A DNA stretch of 64,000 bases from Clostridia bacterium (GTDB taxonomy: Bacteria; Bacillota; Clostridia; TANB77; CAG-508), in assembly GCA_017470645.1 (NCBI GenBank), contig JAFUYJ010000001.1, forward strand, positions 100,190 through 164,189. The letters run 5' to 3'. A program made the translations under genes and the position numbers. This document shows positions 53,916 to 64,000 of the stretch, piece after piece. The notes beneath the pieces were generated by a model that was not told the origin of the DNA, searched no databases, and was given only the letters and a program-made list of their open reading frames with translations. Each line of letters opens with the position of its first letter. The stretch's first letter is position 1.

Positions 53916-55127
53916 ATGCAAGAAAAAAGCTTAAGGATTTATAACACAGAAAAAACTTTTATGAGTAAAGTTACAAATAAATTATCAAAATTATTAATAC
54001 CTACAAGAGTTGGTATTAATGGATTTGTCATTTCTATGAAAAGAAATAGCTTATTAAAAGCTTACGAGAATTATAATGCTTATTTAAGAAGTGATAATGA
54101 AGATAAAAAAGCTCAAGCAACAAAAAAGTATGAAGATGCTTTTACATTATATTTAGAATCTATCGATAAAAACATAATGGATTCTGTATACAAAAAAGTT
54201 AAAAATGATACTGCTAATGAATTTGAGAAAAATGCATTATCAAAGTATTATTTAATTACAGGTTTAAAAGATTCAGAGTATGCAGAATATAAATATAGAA
54301 AACAAAAATATTTATTAGAATTAGACTATGAAAATATAAGATATAACGAGAAAAATAAGGTGCTTGAGAAATATAAAGGTTTCTATTGTTCAAAAATGGA
54401 AACATTATACAAGGGAATAATAAAGCACTATTCTGTTAAGCTTACTGAAAATTTAACAGCTGCAGAAAAAGCTGAGATTTATGAAAAAATATTTGATACA
54501 TTAGAAGAATATATTTCAAATATATTCCCATTAAAAATAGTTAACAATGACTCAAAAGTTTATAAAGAATTATCTGAAGAATATGATAAATATGAGAAAT
54601 ATTCTGTAGGAAAATTAGATCAAGCTGAAATGATTGAAAAAAATATGATCCTTTTAGGAATAAGCAGAAAATTATTTACACATAGCTTACCTCTTGTTGT
54701 TGCAGAACAATGCTATATAAAATTACTAAAAGATACAAGAGCTTTAATAGTTGATACTAGAATCATGAAAAAGAGAGATAAAGCATATAGCTTATTACTT
54801 AACCTGATTGATGAGTACAACTTAAAAGTTCTTTCTACAAAAGTTTATTGGGACAAGCCAGAGAGTAGAAATGAGTACAAACAGTTCTGGAATAGATATA
54901 AGGAAATAGCAGAATTAGAAAGAACAAATAAGGAAGAATACAATAAGCAAAAGGAAATTTTATTTATAACTAATGATTTGAAACATGTTAGTAAAAATGA
55001 AAATAAATATTGTAAAATTATAAAATTCTATAAAAACAAATTAGTAGAATTAGGAGTTATGAAAAAGCTTCCAAATAAATGTGCTACAAAAGATGGAAAA
55101 TTTATAAAAAAGAAAGTAGTGGCTTAA
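53916..55127 (+). CDS. Hypothetical 403-aa Lys/Glu/Tyr-rich protein
   Basis: A long clean ORF with host-like composition. I recognise no motif. It occupies the slot between yqfD and ybeY. Confidence 0.6.
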   Translation: MQEKSLRIYNTEKTFMSKVTNKLSKLLIPTRVGINGFVISMKRNSLLKAYENYNAYLRSDNEDKKAQATKKYEDAFTLYLESIDKNIMDSVYKKVKNDTANEFEKNALSKYYLITGLKDSEYAEYKYRKQKYLLELDYENIRYNEKNKVLEKYKGFYCSKMETLYKGIIKHYSVKLTENLTAAEKAEIYEKIFDTLEEYISNIFPLKIVNNDSKVYKELSEEYDKYEKYSVGKLDQAEMIEKNMILLGISRKLFTHSLPLVVAEQCYIKLLKDTRALIVDTRIMKKRDKAYSLLLNLIDEYNLKVLSTKVYWDKPESRNEYKQFWNRYKEIAELERTNKEEYNKQKEILFITNDLKHVSKNENKYCKIIKFYKNKLVELGVMKKLPNKCATKDGKFIKKKVVA

Positions 55128-55128
55128 T

Positions 55129-55614
55129 ATGGAAGAAAATAAATTTGTTGAATTAGTTTATAAAGATACTCAGGAAAATAAAGGTTACGAAAAAATTATC
55201 AGTTTAGTTATTGATAAATGTTTTGAGGTTGAAAAATTAAAAAAATTAAATTTGTATATTAGCATAACACTAACAACTCCTGAAAATATCAGGAAAATAA
55301 ACAGCGAATATAGAAATATAGATAAGGAAACTGATGTGTTATCATTTCCAATGTTTGAAAAGGAAGAATTGGATTCTATGGTTGAAACAGGAAACAATGA
55401 AATTCCAGAAACAATTGGAGATATTGTAATTTCAATTCAAAGAGTAAAAGAACAAGCAGAAGAATATGGACACAGTTTTGAAAGAGAACTAGCTTATATG
55501 GTTGTACATGGGTTTTATCATCTTATGGGGTATGATCACATGGTTGAAGATGATAAAGTTAAAATGAGAGCTAAAGAAGAAAATGTATTGAATATGCTAA
55601 ACATTATTAGATAA
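55129..55614 (+). CDS. ybeY: rRNA maturation endoribonuclease YbeY
   Basis: HGFYHLMGYDH zinc-binding motif, 161 aa. Confidence 0.92.
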   Translation: MEENKFVELVYKDTQENKGYEKIISLVIDKCFEVEKLKKLNLYISITLTTPENIRKINSEYRNIDKETDVLSFPMFEKEELDSMVETGNNEIPETIGDIVISIQRVKEQAEEYGHSFERELAYMVVHGFYHLMGYDHMVEDDKVKMRAKEENVLNMLNIIR

Positions 55615-55656
55615 TACGAGTATGCATAGTTAATATTAATAAATGGGGGAATAAAA

Positions 55657-56739
55657 ATGAAAGACAAAAAGAAATTAAAAATACTAGCTATTGCAGGAAC
55701 TGTAGCATTAGTAATATTAATTGGCGTTTTAATTGCAGTTGTTGTAAATAAAAACAAAACAAAGGATACTGTACAAGAAAATGCTTCAACAGATGAGTTA
55801 GAAGCAGTAACTGTTCAATTAGATAAAAAACGTGATGAAAATGTTCAAATATTTTCAGGAACAGATAGACCAGTTGCTGTAATGATAGATAACAATGTAA
55901 ATGCATGGCCACAATATTCAATAAATAAAGCATACATAGTCTATGAAATAATTGTTGAAGCTAAAGAAACACGACTTATGGCATTATTCAAAAATACAGA
56001 TGTTGATATGGTAGGACCAGTAAGAAGTTCAAGACATTACTTTTTAGATTATGCTCTAGAAAATGATGCAATATACGGGCATTTAGGATGGAGTCCAAAA
56101 GCAAAAAAAGATATTTCTTCTTTAGGAGTTAATAACATAAACGGACAATTTTACGATACGGGAGCAGCTAGAACATCAACTTCAAGATACTGGAGAGAGG
56201 CATCAAGAAAAGCACCACACAATGCATTTACAAGCGTAGGCTCTCTATATTCAATAGCTAAAGATTTAGGATATAGAACAACATCAGAACAAAAAAGTGT
56301 GCTTAACTATGTTACTAAGGAAGTTACGTTAGATGATGGAATGGATGCTAACACTGTTTCAATTCCATACTCATCAACAAACATTGTAAAATACGAATAC
56401 AATAGTGAATTAGGAAAATATGTAAGATATTCAAAAGGAACTAAACAAAAAGATGGAAGTACAGGTGAAGATGTAGTTACTAAAAATATAATTATTACAT
56501 TTGCACAAAATGAATTATTGAATGGTAATGATAAAAAAGGTAGACAAGACGTTCATGATGTTGGAACATTAGATGGATATTATATTACAAATGGAAAAGC
56601 AATAAAAATAAAATGTGAAAAAAGCAGCAGAAATGCACAAACTGTGTATAAAGATTTGGACGGAAATGAAATTGAAGTAAATGATGGTAATACATTTATT
56701 CAAATTTGTCCAATAAATGCTGATGTTAAGATTGATTAG
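55657..56739 (+). CDS. DUF3048 (YerB-like) secreted/anchored protein
   Basis: N-terminal TM helix, then RPVAVMIDNNVNAWPQYSINKAYIVYEIIVEAKETRLMALF, the DUF3048 signature. Confidence 0.7.
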   Translation: MKDKKKLKILAIAGTVALVILIGVLIAVVVNKNKTKDTVQENASTDELEAVTVQLDKKRDENVQIFSGTDRPVAVMIDNNVNAWPQYSINKAYIVYEIIVEAKETRLMALFKNTDVDMVGPVRSSRHYFLDYALENDAIYGHLGWSPKAKKDISSLGVNNINGQFYDTGAARTSTSRYWREASRKAPHNAFTSVGSLYSIAKDLGYRTTSEQKSVLNYVTKEVTLDDGMDANTVSIPYSSTNIVKYEYNSELGKYVRYSKGTKQKDGSTGEDVVTKNIIITFAQNELLNGNDKKGRQDVHDVGTLDGYYITNGKAIKIKCEKSSRNAQTVYKDLDGNEIEVNDGNTFIQICPINADVKID

Positions 56740-56790
56740 GTGAGGAACTTTTTGTAAGTCGCCCAAAAGTTTCAAAAGAGAGGAAGTAAA

Positions 56791-57693
56791 ATGGAGCAAC
56801 AATTTAAATCTGGATTTGTGTCTATGGTAGGTAGAACAAATGTAGGAAAATCTAGTATAATAAATAGCTTAGTCGGTGAAAAGGTAGCTGCTATAGCAAA
56901 TAAACCACAGACAACAAGAACTGCAATAAGAGCTATTGTAAACAGAGAAAATTCACAAATAATATTCATAGATACACCAGGTATTCATAAGCCAAAAACA
57001 AAACTTGGAAACACAATGATAGAAACAGCTTTTGGTGTTATAAATGAAGTTGATATTACTTTATTTGTTATAGATGCAACATCTGAAAACATAGGAAAAG
57101 GTGATAGAATTATTTTAGACAAAATAAAAGAAGCTAAAATAAAAACCATTCTTATCATAAATAAAATTGACTTAGTTGACCGAGAGCATTTAGCAAAATT
57201 AATAGATTTATACAAAGATGAATATGATTTTGAAGCAGTAATTCCAGTTTCAGTAGTAAAAAATAAAAATATGGATGTAATATTAGATGAAATAGAAAGT
57301 AACTTAAAGCCAGGTCCTGCATATTATGATATTGAGGAATATACAGATCAAACATTAAGGCAGTTAGTAGAAGAAACAATAAGAGAAAAGGCTTTAAGAT
57401 TACTAGATGACGAAGTACCACACGGAATTTATGTTGAAACAGAAAAAATGAAATCTAGAAAAACTCAAAACAAAGAAAGAATTTATGATGTGGACGTAAC
57501 AATATACTGCATTAGAGAATCACATAAAGGAATTATAATTGGAAAAAATGGTGCTATGTTAAAGAAAATTGGAACATATGCAAGACAAGATTTAGAAAAA
57601 ATGTTAGACACAAAAGTAAACTTGAAAATTTGGGTTAAAGTAAAAGAAGATTGGCAAAATAACGAATCACTAGTTAACAAATTTAAACTTTAA
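56791..57693 (+). CDS. era: GTPase Era
   Basis: GRTNVGKSS (G1), DTPG (G3), NKID (G4) and a C-terminal KH domain. Confidence 0.95.
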   Translation: MEQQFKSGFVSMVGRTNVGKSSIINSLVGEKVAAIANKPQTTRTAIRAIVNRENSQIIFIDTPGIHKPKTKLGNTMIETAFGVINEVDITLFVIDATSENIGKGDRIILDKIKEAKIKTILIINKIDLVDREHLAKLIDLYKDEYDFEAVIPVSVVKNKNMDVILDEIESNLKPGPAYYDIEEYTDQTLRQLVEETIREKALRLLDDEVPHGIYVETEKMKSRKTQNKERIYDVDVTIYCIRESHKGIIIGKNGAMLKKIGTYARQDLEKMLDTKVNLKIWVKVKEDWQNNESLVNKFKL

Positions 57694-57842
57694 ATCAGGA
57701 ACGGTCCTTTTTAAAATTTTGAAATAGGGGACGGATAAGAGTTAAAAATTGAATAAAAAAAATAAAATAGCAAAAGATAACAATGAAGTAAAATTTGAAA
57801 TTAAATCAAATTACTAGCTTTATTGATAAGGAGTGAATGCAT

Positions 57843-58013
57843 ATGATAAAACAATTAGCATGGAATACATTTAAAAATACAGGAAATATAAATACATTTA
57901 TGGAATTGATTGAATTTCAAAATACAGAAAAAAATATAATGTTAAATGATAATTTAAAGGTGAATGAATATGGGGATAATAAAGACCAAGGGCTTGATAA
58001 TATCGGAAAATAA
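57843..58013 (+). CDS. yqzL: YqzL-like small protein (56 aa)
   Basis: MIKQLAWNTFKNTGNINTFMELIEFQN... resembles the YqzL family and sits between era and recO as in Bacillus. A GGAGTGA RBS lies upstream. It is below the ORF-track cutoff. Confidence 0.55.
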   Translation: MIKQLAWNTFKNTGNINTFMELIEFQNTEKNIMLNDNLKVNEYGDNKDQGLDNIGK

Positions 58014-58674
58014 AATGGGCGATTTCGATAAAATGGTTACAATATTAACTCCAAATGGAAAAATTGGGTGTGCTGCAAAAGGAGCAAGAAGGCCAAAGAG
58101 CCTGCTTATGGCAGGAACTCAATTTTTTTGTTTTGGAGAGTATTTGATTTTTAAAGGAAATAATAGTTATAACATTAATTCTTGTGATACTATCGAAATT
58201 TTTTATAATTTAAGAACAGACTTGGACAAGCTAAATTATGCAGTTGAATTGTGCAAAATAGTTGATAAAGTAACTTATGAAAATCAAAATACATATAAGA
58301 TTTTGCAATTATTGTTAAACACATTATATGTAATTTCTGAGACGGATAAAAATTTAGAATTAGTAGAATCGATATTTAAAATTAGATTGTTGTGTTTGCT
58401 AGGGTTTATGCCTAAAATAGACAAATGCGTTAATTGTGAAGAAAAAGAAAATATTGCTTTTTTCAGTATAGCAGATGATGGATTTAAGTGTGCAAATTGT
58501 GGAAAAGTAGATAAGTCAGCAATTAGTATAAATCCTACAACGGTTGATGCAATAAGATATATAATAAAAGCACCAGCAAAAAAAATATTTTCTTTCGATT
58601 TACCAGAAGAAAGTTTAAGAGAAATCAGTTTGGTTAGTAAAATATATTTAAATGAAAAATTAGAATTAGGGTGA
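57970..58674 (+). CDS. recO: DNA repair protein RecO
   Basis: MGIIKTKGLIISENKMGDFDKMVTILT is the OB fold, followed by a zinc motif CxxC...CxxC (CVNCEE...CANCGK). Confidence 0.9.
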   Translation: MGIIKTKGLIISENKMGDFDKMVTILTPNGKIGCAAKGARRPKSLLMAGTQFFCFGEYLIFKGNNSYNINSCDTIEIFYNLRTDLDKLNYAVELCKIVDKVTYENQNTYKILQLLLNTLYVISETDKNLELVESIFKIRLLCLLGFMPKIDKCVNCEEKENIAFFSIADDGFKCANCGKVDKSAISINPTTVDAIRYIIKAPAKKIFSFDLPEESLREISLVSKIYLNEKLELG

Positions 58675-58678
58675 TAAA

Positions 58679-59062
58679 ATGAAAATTAAACAAGGTAATA
58701 ATGAGAATGTAATAAAGAAATTTTTAAATGGGTTTAAGTATGCAGGAACTGGAATTTATACAGCTTTAAAAAAAGAGAGAAATCTAAAGTTCCATGTAGT
58801 AGCAATGATTTTGGTTATAATACTAGGTTTCGTATATGACATTGATCTGATTGAATGGTTTATTTGTATCATTCTATTTGCTGGTGTTATTGCTGGGGAA
58901 ATGTTTAATACTGCTATAGAAAATGTGGTAGATATGATTACTTTGGAAAAAAATGAAAAAGCAAAAGTGGCAAAAGATGTTGCTGCTGGAGCAGTTCTAG
59001 TTTGGGCTATTGGAGCTGCGGTAATAGGAGTTTTGATTTTTATGCCTAAGATTATAGGATAA
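58679..59062 (+). CDS. dgkA: Diacylglycerol/undecaprenol kinase DgkA
   Basis: A 127-aa three-TM protein with EMFNTAIENVVD and AKDVAAGAVL motifs. Confidence 0.85.
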   Translation: MKIKQGNNENVIKKFLNGFKYAGTGIYTALKKERNLKFHVVAMILVIILGFVYDIDLIEWFICIILFAGVIAGEMFNTAIENVVDMITLEKNEKAKVAKDVAAGAVLVWAIGAAVIGVLIFMPKIIG

Positions 59063-59145
59063 AGCTAAAAATAGTGTATACTTGTAAAATTTGACCAAAT
59101 GTGATAAAATTATTCAAATTTTGTAATTAGGTATGGAGGAGAATA

Positions 59146-59784
59146 ATGACTGAAGTTTTTGACTGGCAAGAAGAAATAAAAGAAGATGAGCTAAATAAAT
59201 GTGTAAAAAATTTACAAAATGGAGGATTAATAGTATTTCCAACAGAAACCGTATATGGAATTGGAGCTAATGCATATTGTAAAGAATCTGTAGAGAAAAT
59301 ATATGAAGTAAAAAAACGTCCAGAAGAAAAGCCTCTAAGTATAATGGTTTCAAGCACAAATGAAATAAGTAAATATGCAGTTATTACCAATGATATTGAA
59401 AAAAATATAATTGAAAACTTCATGCCAGGACCATTAACAATAATTCTAAATAAAAAAGAAGGCGTTTTCGATTACATATCTTCAGGTAAAAATACAATAG
59501 GAATAAGAATCCCAGACAATGAAATAATAATGAAAATTCTTGAAAAATCAAAGCTACCAATAGTTGCACCTAGTGCTAATATATCAGGTGAACCAAGCGG
59601 AATTGTATTTGAGGATATATTAAAAGATTTTGATGGAAAAGTTGACATTTGCATTAATGGTGGAAAGCCAAAAATCTCTGAGCCATCAACTATTGTACAA
59701 GTAATTGATGGAGAACCAGTTATTATAAGAGAAGGAAAAATCACATTAGATGAAATAAAACGAGGAGGCAGAAAATGTATTTAA
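59146..59784 (+). CDS. tsaC: L-threonylcarbamoyladenylate synthase (TsaC/Sua5/YwlC family)
   Basis: VFPTETVYGIGANA, KKRPEEKPL and APSANISG motifs. Confidence 0.9.
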   Translation: MTEVFDWQEEIKEDELNKCVKNLQNGGLIVFPTETVYGIGANAYCKESVEKIYEVKKRPEEKPLSIMVSSTNEISKYAVITNDIEKNIIENFMPGPLTIILNKKEGVFDYISSGKNTIGIRIPDNEIIMKILEKSKLPIVAPSANISGEPSGIVFEDILKDFDGKVDICINGGKPKISEPSTIVQVIDGEPVIIREGKITLDEIKRGGRKCI

Positions 59785-60332
59785 TAGTAGGGTTGGGAAA
59801 TCCAGAATCAGATTATTCAAGAACCAGACACAACATGGGTTTTGATGTAATAAATAAATTAGCAGAAAAGTTTGATATAAAAGTAAATAAGAGTAAATTT
59901 AAAGCTCTATATGGAACAGGTACAATAAATGGAGAAAAGGTTATTTTAGTAAAACCTCAAACTTTTATGAATCTAAGTGGAGAGGCAGTTCAAGAATTTG
60001 TTAATTTTTATAAAATCAATCTTGATGAGCTTATTGTAATATATGATGACATTGATACTACTCCTGGGAAAATAAGAATTAGAAAAACAGGAGGTCCAGG
60101 AACTCATAATGGAATGAAGTCTGTTGTAAGCATGCTAAATTCAGAAGAATTTATGAGAGTTAGAGTTGGAATAGGTATGCCTGAATTCAAAGGAGACTTA
60201 ATTAATTATGTCATTGGTCACGTACCAGATGAAGAATATGAAATGTTACAAAAAGGAGTAGCTATTGCAGCTGAATCTGTAGAAGAAATTTTAAAAAATG
60301 GAATAGACATTGCAATGAATAAATACAATTAA
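59775..60332 (+). CDS. pth: Peptidyl-tRNA hydrolase
   Basis: LIVGLGNPESDYSRTRHNMGF and GTHNGMKS motifs. Confidence 0.95.
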   Translation: MYLIVGLGNPESDYSRTRHNMGFDVINKLAEKFDIKVNKSKFKALYGTGTINGEKVILVKPQTFMNLSGEAVQEFVNFYKINLDELIVIYDDIDTTPGKIRIRKTGGPGTHNGMKSVVSMLNSEEFMRVRVGIGMPEFKGDLINYVIGHVPDEEYEMLQKGVAIAAESVEEILKNGIDIAMNKYN

Positions 60333-60386
60333 TGAAAGCAGAAAGGAGAGCAAATGCAATTATAAGTATTGCATTGTATTAACTAA

Positions 60387-61577
60387 ATGAAAGAAATAAT
60401 AGTAAACAGCGCAGAAGATAAAAATACAATAATTTTAGTTGAGAATGGAAAGCTATTAGAAAAGTATGAAGAATATGATAGTTTACAAAGATTAGAAGGT
60501 AATATTTATATAGGAAAAGTAACAGACATACTTCCAGGAATGCAAGCAGCATTTGTTGATATTGGCGATGATAAAAATGCTTTTTTACATATAAAAGATA
60601 TTCTTCCAAAAGTAAGTAATCAAACAGGAAACAAACATGAAGATTTAAATAAATATAACATAAAAGATTACGTAAAAGTTGGAATGCCTGTAATAGTAGA
60701 GGTAAAGAAAGATAAAACAGACAAAAAAGGTGCAAAAGTATCAACTAATTTAAACATAGCAGGAAATTTTGTGGTTATAATACCTAATACAGAATTTGTA
60801 ACTGTATCTCAAAAAATTGAAGATGAAGAAGAAGCAAGAAGATTAAGCAATATTATCAGCAATTTAAACATAAAAAACTATGGCATAATTATCAGAACAT
60901 CGGCTGTAAACGCAACTGAATTTCAGATAAAAGAAGATATTGAGAATGTTATAAAAATATATGAAAACGTTACAAAACAGGCAGAAGAATTGACGAAAAA
61001 CAATAAATTTGAACCAACATTATTATTTGAAAAAGGAAATATATTAAAAAGACTGCTTTTAGATGTAGGAAATCAAGGATTGAACAATATAATAGTTAAT
61101 AATGAATTAACATATAAAAACGCAGTTGAATTAGTAAAAGATTTTAATATAAATGTAGAGGTGAAATATGTTGAAAAAGAAAGCCTTTTAGATTTATATG
61201 ACCTACATAAACAAATAAATAAAATTTCAAACAGAAAAATTTGGTTAGATTGTGGAGGATTCATTACAATAGATCAAACAGAAGCCCTAACTGCAATTGA
61301 CGTTAATACAGGTAAGTTTATTGGAAAAGAAAACATTGAGAAAACTGTATTAAAGGTAAACTCTGAAGCAACTGTTGAAATAGCAAAACAAATAAGAGCA
61401 AGAGACATAGGTGGAATAGTTATTATAGATTACATTGATATGGATTCGAAGGAAGATGAAGAGATAATACAAAATTTATTAATAGAAAATCTAAAAAAAG
61501 ATAGGGCAAAAACACAAGTAGTAGGATTTACAAAATTACACCTATTGGAAATGACTCGAAAACATATATGTAGTTAA
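60387..61577 (+). CDS. rng: Ribonuclease E/G family protein
   Basis: S1 domain (GNIYIGKVTDILPGMQAAFVDIG) followed by the catalytic core (ALTAIDVNTGKF, GGIVIIDYIDM). Confidence 0.88.
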   Translation: MKEIIVNSAEDKNTIILVENGKLLEKYEEYDSLQRLEGNIYIGKVTDILPGMQAAFVDIGDDKNAFLHIKDILPKVSNQTGNKHEDLNKYNIKDYVKVGMPVIVEVKKDKTDKKGAKVSTNLNIAGNFVVIIPNTEFVTVSQKIEDEEEARRLSNIISNLNIKNYGIIIRTSAVNATEFQIKEDIENVIKIYENVTKQAEELTKNNKFEPTLLFEKGNILKRLLLDVGNQGLNNIIVNNELTYKNAVELVKDFNINVEVKYVEKESLLDLYDLHKQINKISNRKIWLDCGGFITIDQTEALTAIDVNTGKFIGKENIEKTVLKVNSEATVEIAKQIRARDIGGIVIIDYIDMDSKEDEEIIQNLLIENLKKDRAKTQVVGFTKLHLLEMTRKHICS

Positions 61578-61617
61578 AAAAATACCAGCATAGTAGAAAC
61601 TATGCTGGTATTTTTTT
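61576..61617. terminator. Bidirectional terminator between rng and cassette (g)
   Basis: aaaaaaataccagcatag-tagaaa-ctatgctggtattttttt. Confidence 0.85.
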
Positions 61618-61918
61618 AGAGTACGTAAAATCCAACGTCTGTTATAGCAGGATTTTCCGTGCAGTCATACTTTTTGTATCTGAGGCAGTGCCTTCCCCAA
61701 ACACACTTCATATGACAGGTTTCGGTAAACTGACCGTCAAGTATGCCGCCATAGGCAAGCTTTACTTTTTCGCCAGAATCGAGCTTCACATCTGATTTCC
61801 GAAATGTATTAGGAAATTTTACGAAATCAGAATAGTGGAATCCTGTGATGCAGCCAATTTCTGCATTATCAGATACCCTAGTGATTCGACCAGCGGAGTC
61901 AATGTTAACCTTATACAT
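61616..61918 (-). CDS. Hypothetical 100-aa Cys-containing protein, G+C-richer cassette (g)
   Basis: MYKVNIDSAGRITRVSDNAEIGCITGFHYSDF...CHMKCVWGRHCLRYKKYDC... follows an AAGGAGGG RBS. It has a 5' UTR of about 110 nt and its own promoter and terminator. Arg40 is an in-frame CGG. Confidence 0.55.
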   Translation of the reverse strand: MYKVNIDSAGRITRVSDNAEIGCITGFHYSDFVKFPNTFRKSDVKLDSGEKVKLAYGGILDGQFTETCHMKCVWGRHCLRYKKYDCTENPAITDVGFYVL

Positions 61919-62026
61919 AAAAAGCCCTCCTTAGGATATGTGGTTGGCTATAAACACTATATAACTACCACTGAAGTTACATAGTATGATTTGAATGATT
62001 TAGTATTTTACTAACTTTCGCTAAGA

Positions 62027-62055
62027 ATTATATCACAAAAGCAATATTATGTCAA
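62027..62055 (-). promoter_or_regulatory. Sigma-A-type promoter of cassette (g)
   Basis: The minus strand reads TTGACATAAT..., with a 17-nt spacer to TGaTATAAT. Confidence 0.5.
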
Positions 62056-62479
62056 ATAAAAAGCACATAAAAAAATATTAAAGTATTTACAATTCAAAAA
62101 AAATATGTTAGAATAAGTCTCAATAATTTGAATTCAAAAATTCTTTTAGGGTAACTATCATTTGAATCTACCCAATATTTCAATAAACAAATCAAAATAT
62201 AAAGAAGGTGAGATTTATAAATTGCAATGGATGTGTACTAAACGTGGCAAGCTGATAACTTGTTTTCTTTTAACGTGTTTAATATATTATGGAATTACAT
62301 TTATATATGAATTGTCAACCAAAAAAGTAAATGCTGAAAATCAAGAAAATCAAGCCAAAAGTTTAAATTTCTTCATTGACAGATAACATAATAGCTTATA
62401 TAATTAATTAAGAAATAATATTTGGATATAATTGAAAAATCAAATGTTTTAAATCAAAAGAAAAAAAGGTAGGATGTTT

Positions 62480-64000
62480 ATGAAGAAAAAAATTGTTTTT
62501 ATTAGTCTAATTATAATTTGTCTAAGTTTAATTCTAATTTTTGCAGTATCTGCAGTAATAAGAAAGCAAAAATTAGATTATCAGTTGGAGACTGTGAAAG
62601 AGATAAATTATATGATAATTAATGAAAACAATAAGTTTGGTGTAATAAACAAAAATGGCGATGTTTTAGTACAACCACGTTATGATGAAATACAAATTCC
62701 TAACCCTTCTAAACCGTTATTTATATGTATGTATAATTATGATGAAGAAAAACATCAATACAACATAAAAGTATTTAACGACAAATCAGAACAAATTTTA
62801 TATCAATATGTAGTTGTAGAAGCAATTAAATTAAATTCTGGGATAAGCGAAATTCCATATGAAAAAAGTGTTCTTAAATACATGGATAAAGGAAAGTATG
62901 GTTTAATAGATTTCGAAGGTAAAGTGATTTCTAAAGCACAATACGACGAGATTAGCAGTTTTGACTATAACGAAGGCTTGCTACTTGTAAAGAAGAATGA
63001 TAAATATGGAATTATAAATATAAAGGGAGCAACTCTTATCAAACCAAAATATGACAAAATAGAATCTGATGGTTATTATGAAGATGGCGAAGAATACAGA
63101 AAATCTGGATTTATAACTGCAAAAAAATCTGGAGACGAATACAAATATGGATATATAAATAGGCTAGGAAAGCAGATTTTAGACATAAAATATGACCAAA
63201 TTGCAAGAATACCAAACAAAAACGGAAATAATGATGTATATTTAATAGCAGTAGAAAACGGGAAAGCCGGATTTTATAAAAACAAAAAAGCTGTTATTAA
63301 ACCTGAATATGAAGATATGGCATATGACGAAAATAATAACTGTTTAATCGTACAGAAAGACTTAAAGCAAGGAATATATGATTTAGATGGAAATTCAATA
63401 ATAGAAATGAAATACGACAAAATATATATTTCAGGCAAATACATAAACGCTCAAAATGATAGCAATATTGATATATATGATTATTCAACAAAACAAAAAA
63501 TAGACATCTTAGATATAGTAGGAATGAATGAAACATCAAATGAAAAATATTCAATAGCAATTACCAATGATGAGAAATTTAAAGTCTATGACAATTCAAC
63601 TAAAGAACTTATGGACTATGAATATGAATATTTAGAATATCTTTATGATGATTGTTTTATAACGTTTAGAAATTCAAAATTTGGAATAATTGATATAAAC
63701 AACAATACAATTGTGGATTTTAAATATGATAGTATTCAAAAAATACCAAATACCAAAATAGTGCAAGCAACTGATTTTAAGAAAGAAACAACAGATATTA
63801 TAGTAGCAAATAATGTGATACAAACAATGAATCAGCTAGAAATCTATACGAAGGAAAACTATATTATTTTGCAATCAAATTCTGATAGAAAATATATGGA
63901 TTTTGATGGGAATATAGTAGAAGCTTCTAAATTGTTTGAAAGAAAGTTGTATGCATATAAAAAAGATGAAAAATGGGGATTTGCAGATAAAGATGGACAA
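62480..64000 (+). CDS. WG-repeat (KWG-like beta-propeller repeat) protein with N-terminal membrane anchor, partial (runs off the window end)
   Basis: MKKKIVFISLIIICLSLILIF is the anchor. It is followed by many repeats of the form KYG(I/L)I(D/N)..G..(I/L)..P.YD.I. The frame is open and in frame to position 64000. Confidence 0.8.
   Translation, partial: MKKKIVFISLIIICLSLILIFAVSAVIRKQKLDYQLETVKEINYMIINENNKFGVINKNGDVLVQPRYDEIQIPNPSKPLFICMYNYDEEKHQYNIKVFNDKSEQILYQYVVVEAIKLNSGISEIPYEKSVLKYMDKGKYGLIDFEGKVISKAQYDEISSFDYNEGLLLVKKNDKYGIINIKGATLIKPKYDKIESDGYYEDGEEYRKSGFITAKKSGDEYKYGYINRLGKQILDIKYDQIARIPNKNGNNDVYLIAVENGKAGFYKNKKAVIKPEYEDMAYDENNNCLIVQKDLKQGIYDLDGNSIIEMKYDKIYISGKYINAQNDSNIDIYDYSTKQKIDILDIVGMNETSNEKYSIAITNDEKFKVYDNSTKELMDYEYEYLEYLYDDCFITFRNSKFGIIDINNNTIVDFKYDSIQKIPNTKIVQATDFKKETTDIIVANNVIQTMNQLEIYTKENYIILQSNSDRKYMDFDGNIVEASKLFERKLYAYKKDEKWGFADKDGQ

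Overview
This is a 64-kb stretch of an AT-rich Bacillota chromosome (Clostridia-like, endospore-former), and almost all of it is housekeeping synteny. Gene content in order: murC and spoVG; a heterodimeric ABC exporter pair; two asnB paralogs around a polysaccharide deacetylase and a HAD-like gene; mutS2; rimP-nusA-ylxR-infB-rbfA-nrnA-truB; a GT8/acyltransferase envelope cluster; prmC; ung; whiA; hemW-hrcA-grpE-dnaK-dnaJ with CIRCE operators; pyk; yaaL-bofA; glmS with its ribozyme; uvrC; an agrB-agrD locus with convergent agrC/agrA-like genes; then pdaA-like, yqfC-yqfD, ybeY, era, yqzL, recO, dgkA, tsaC, pth and rng. I saw no rRNA, tRNA, CRISPR array, transposase or integrase. Three observations are not explained by routine annotation. 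(1) Four conserved genes (prmC, agrB, yqfD and a membrane-anchored deacetylase) are each split at an in-frame CGG followed by A. Skipping the C and reading GGA (Gly) rejoins all four, and my manual scan found no other in-frame CGG in any low-GC gene. This is either candidate CGG-triggered +1 recoding or a highly non-random artefact. (2) Seven visibly G+C-richer single-gene cassettes sit between core genes, six of them antisense to their neighbours. Each has a near-consensus TTGACA-17-TGnTATAAT-type promoter, a strong RBS and its own terminator, and five of them use CGG freely. (3) Four 190-220 bp imperfect palindromes with long AT-rich arms and G+C-richer cores occupy intergenic sites (asnB/mutS2, nrnA/truB, dnaK/dnaJ, bofA/glmS). 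All calls come from reading the sequence and the ORF track, with no database search.
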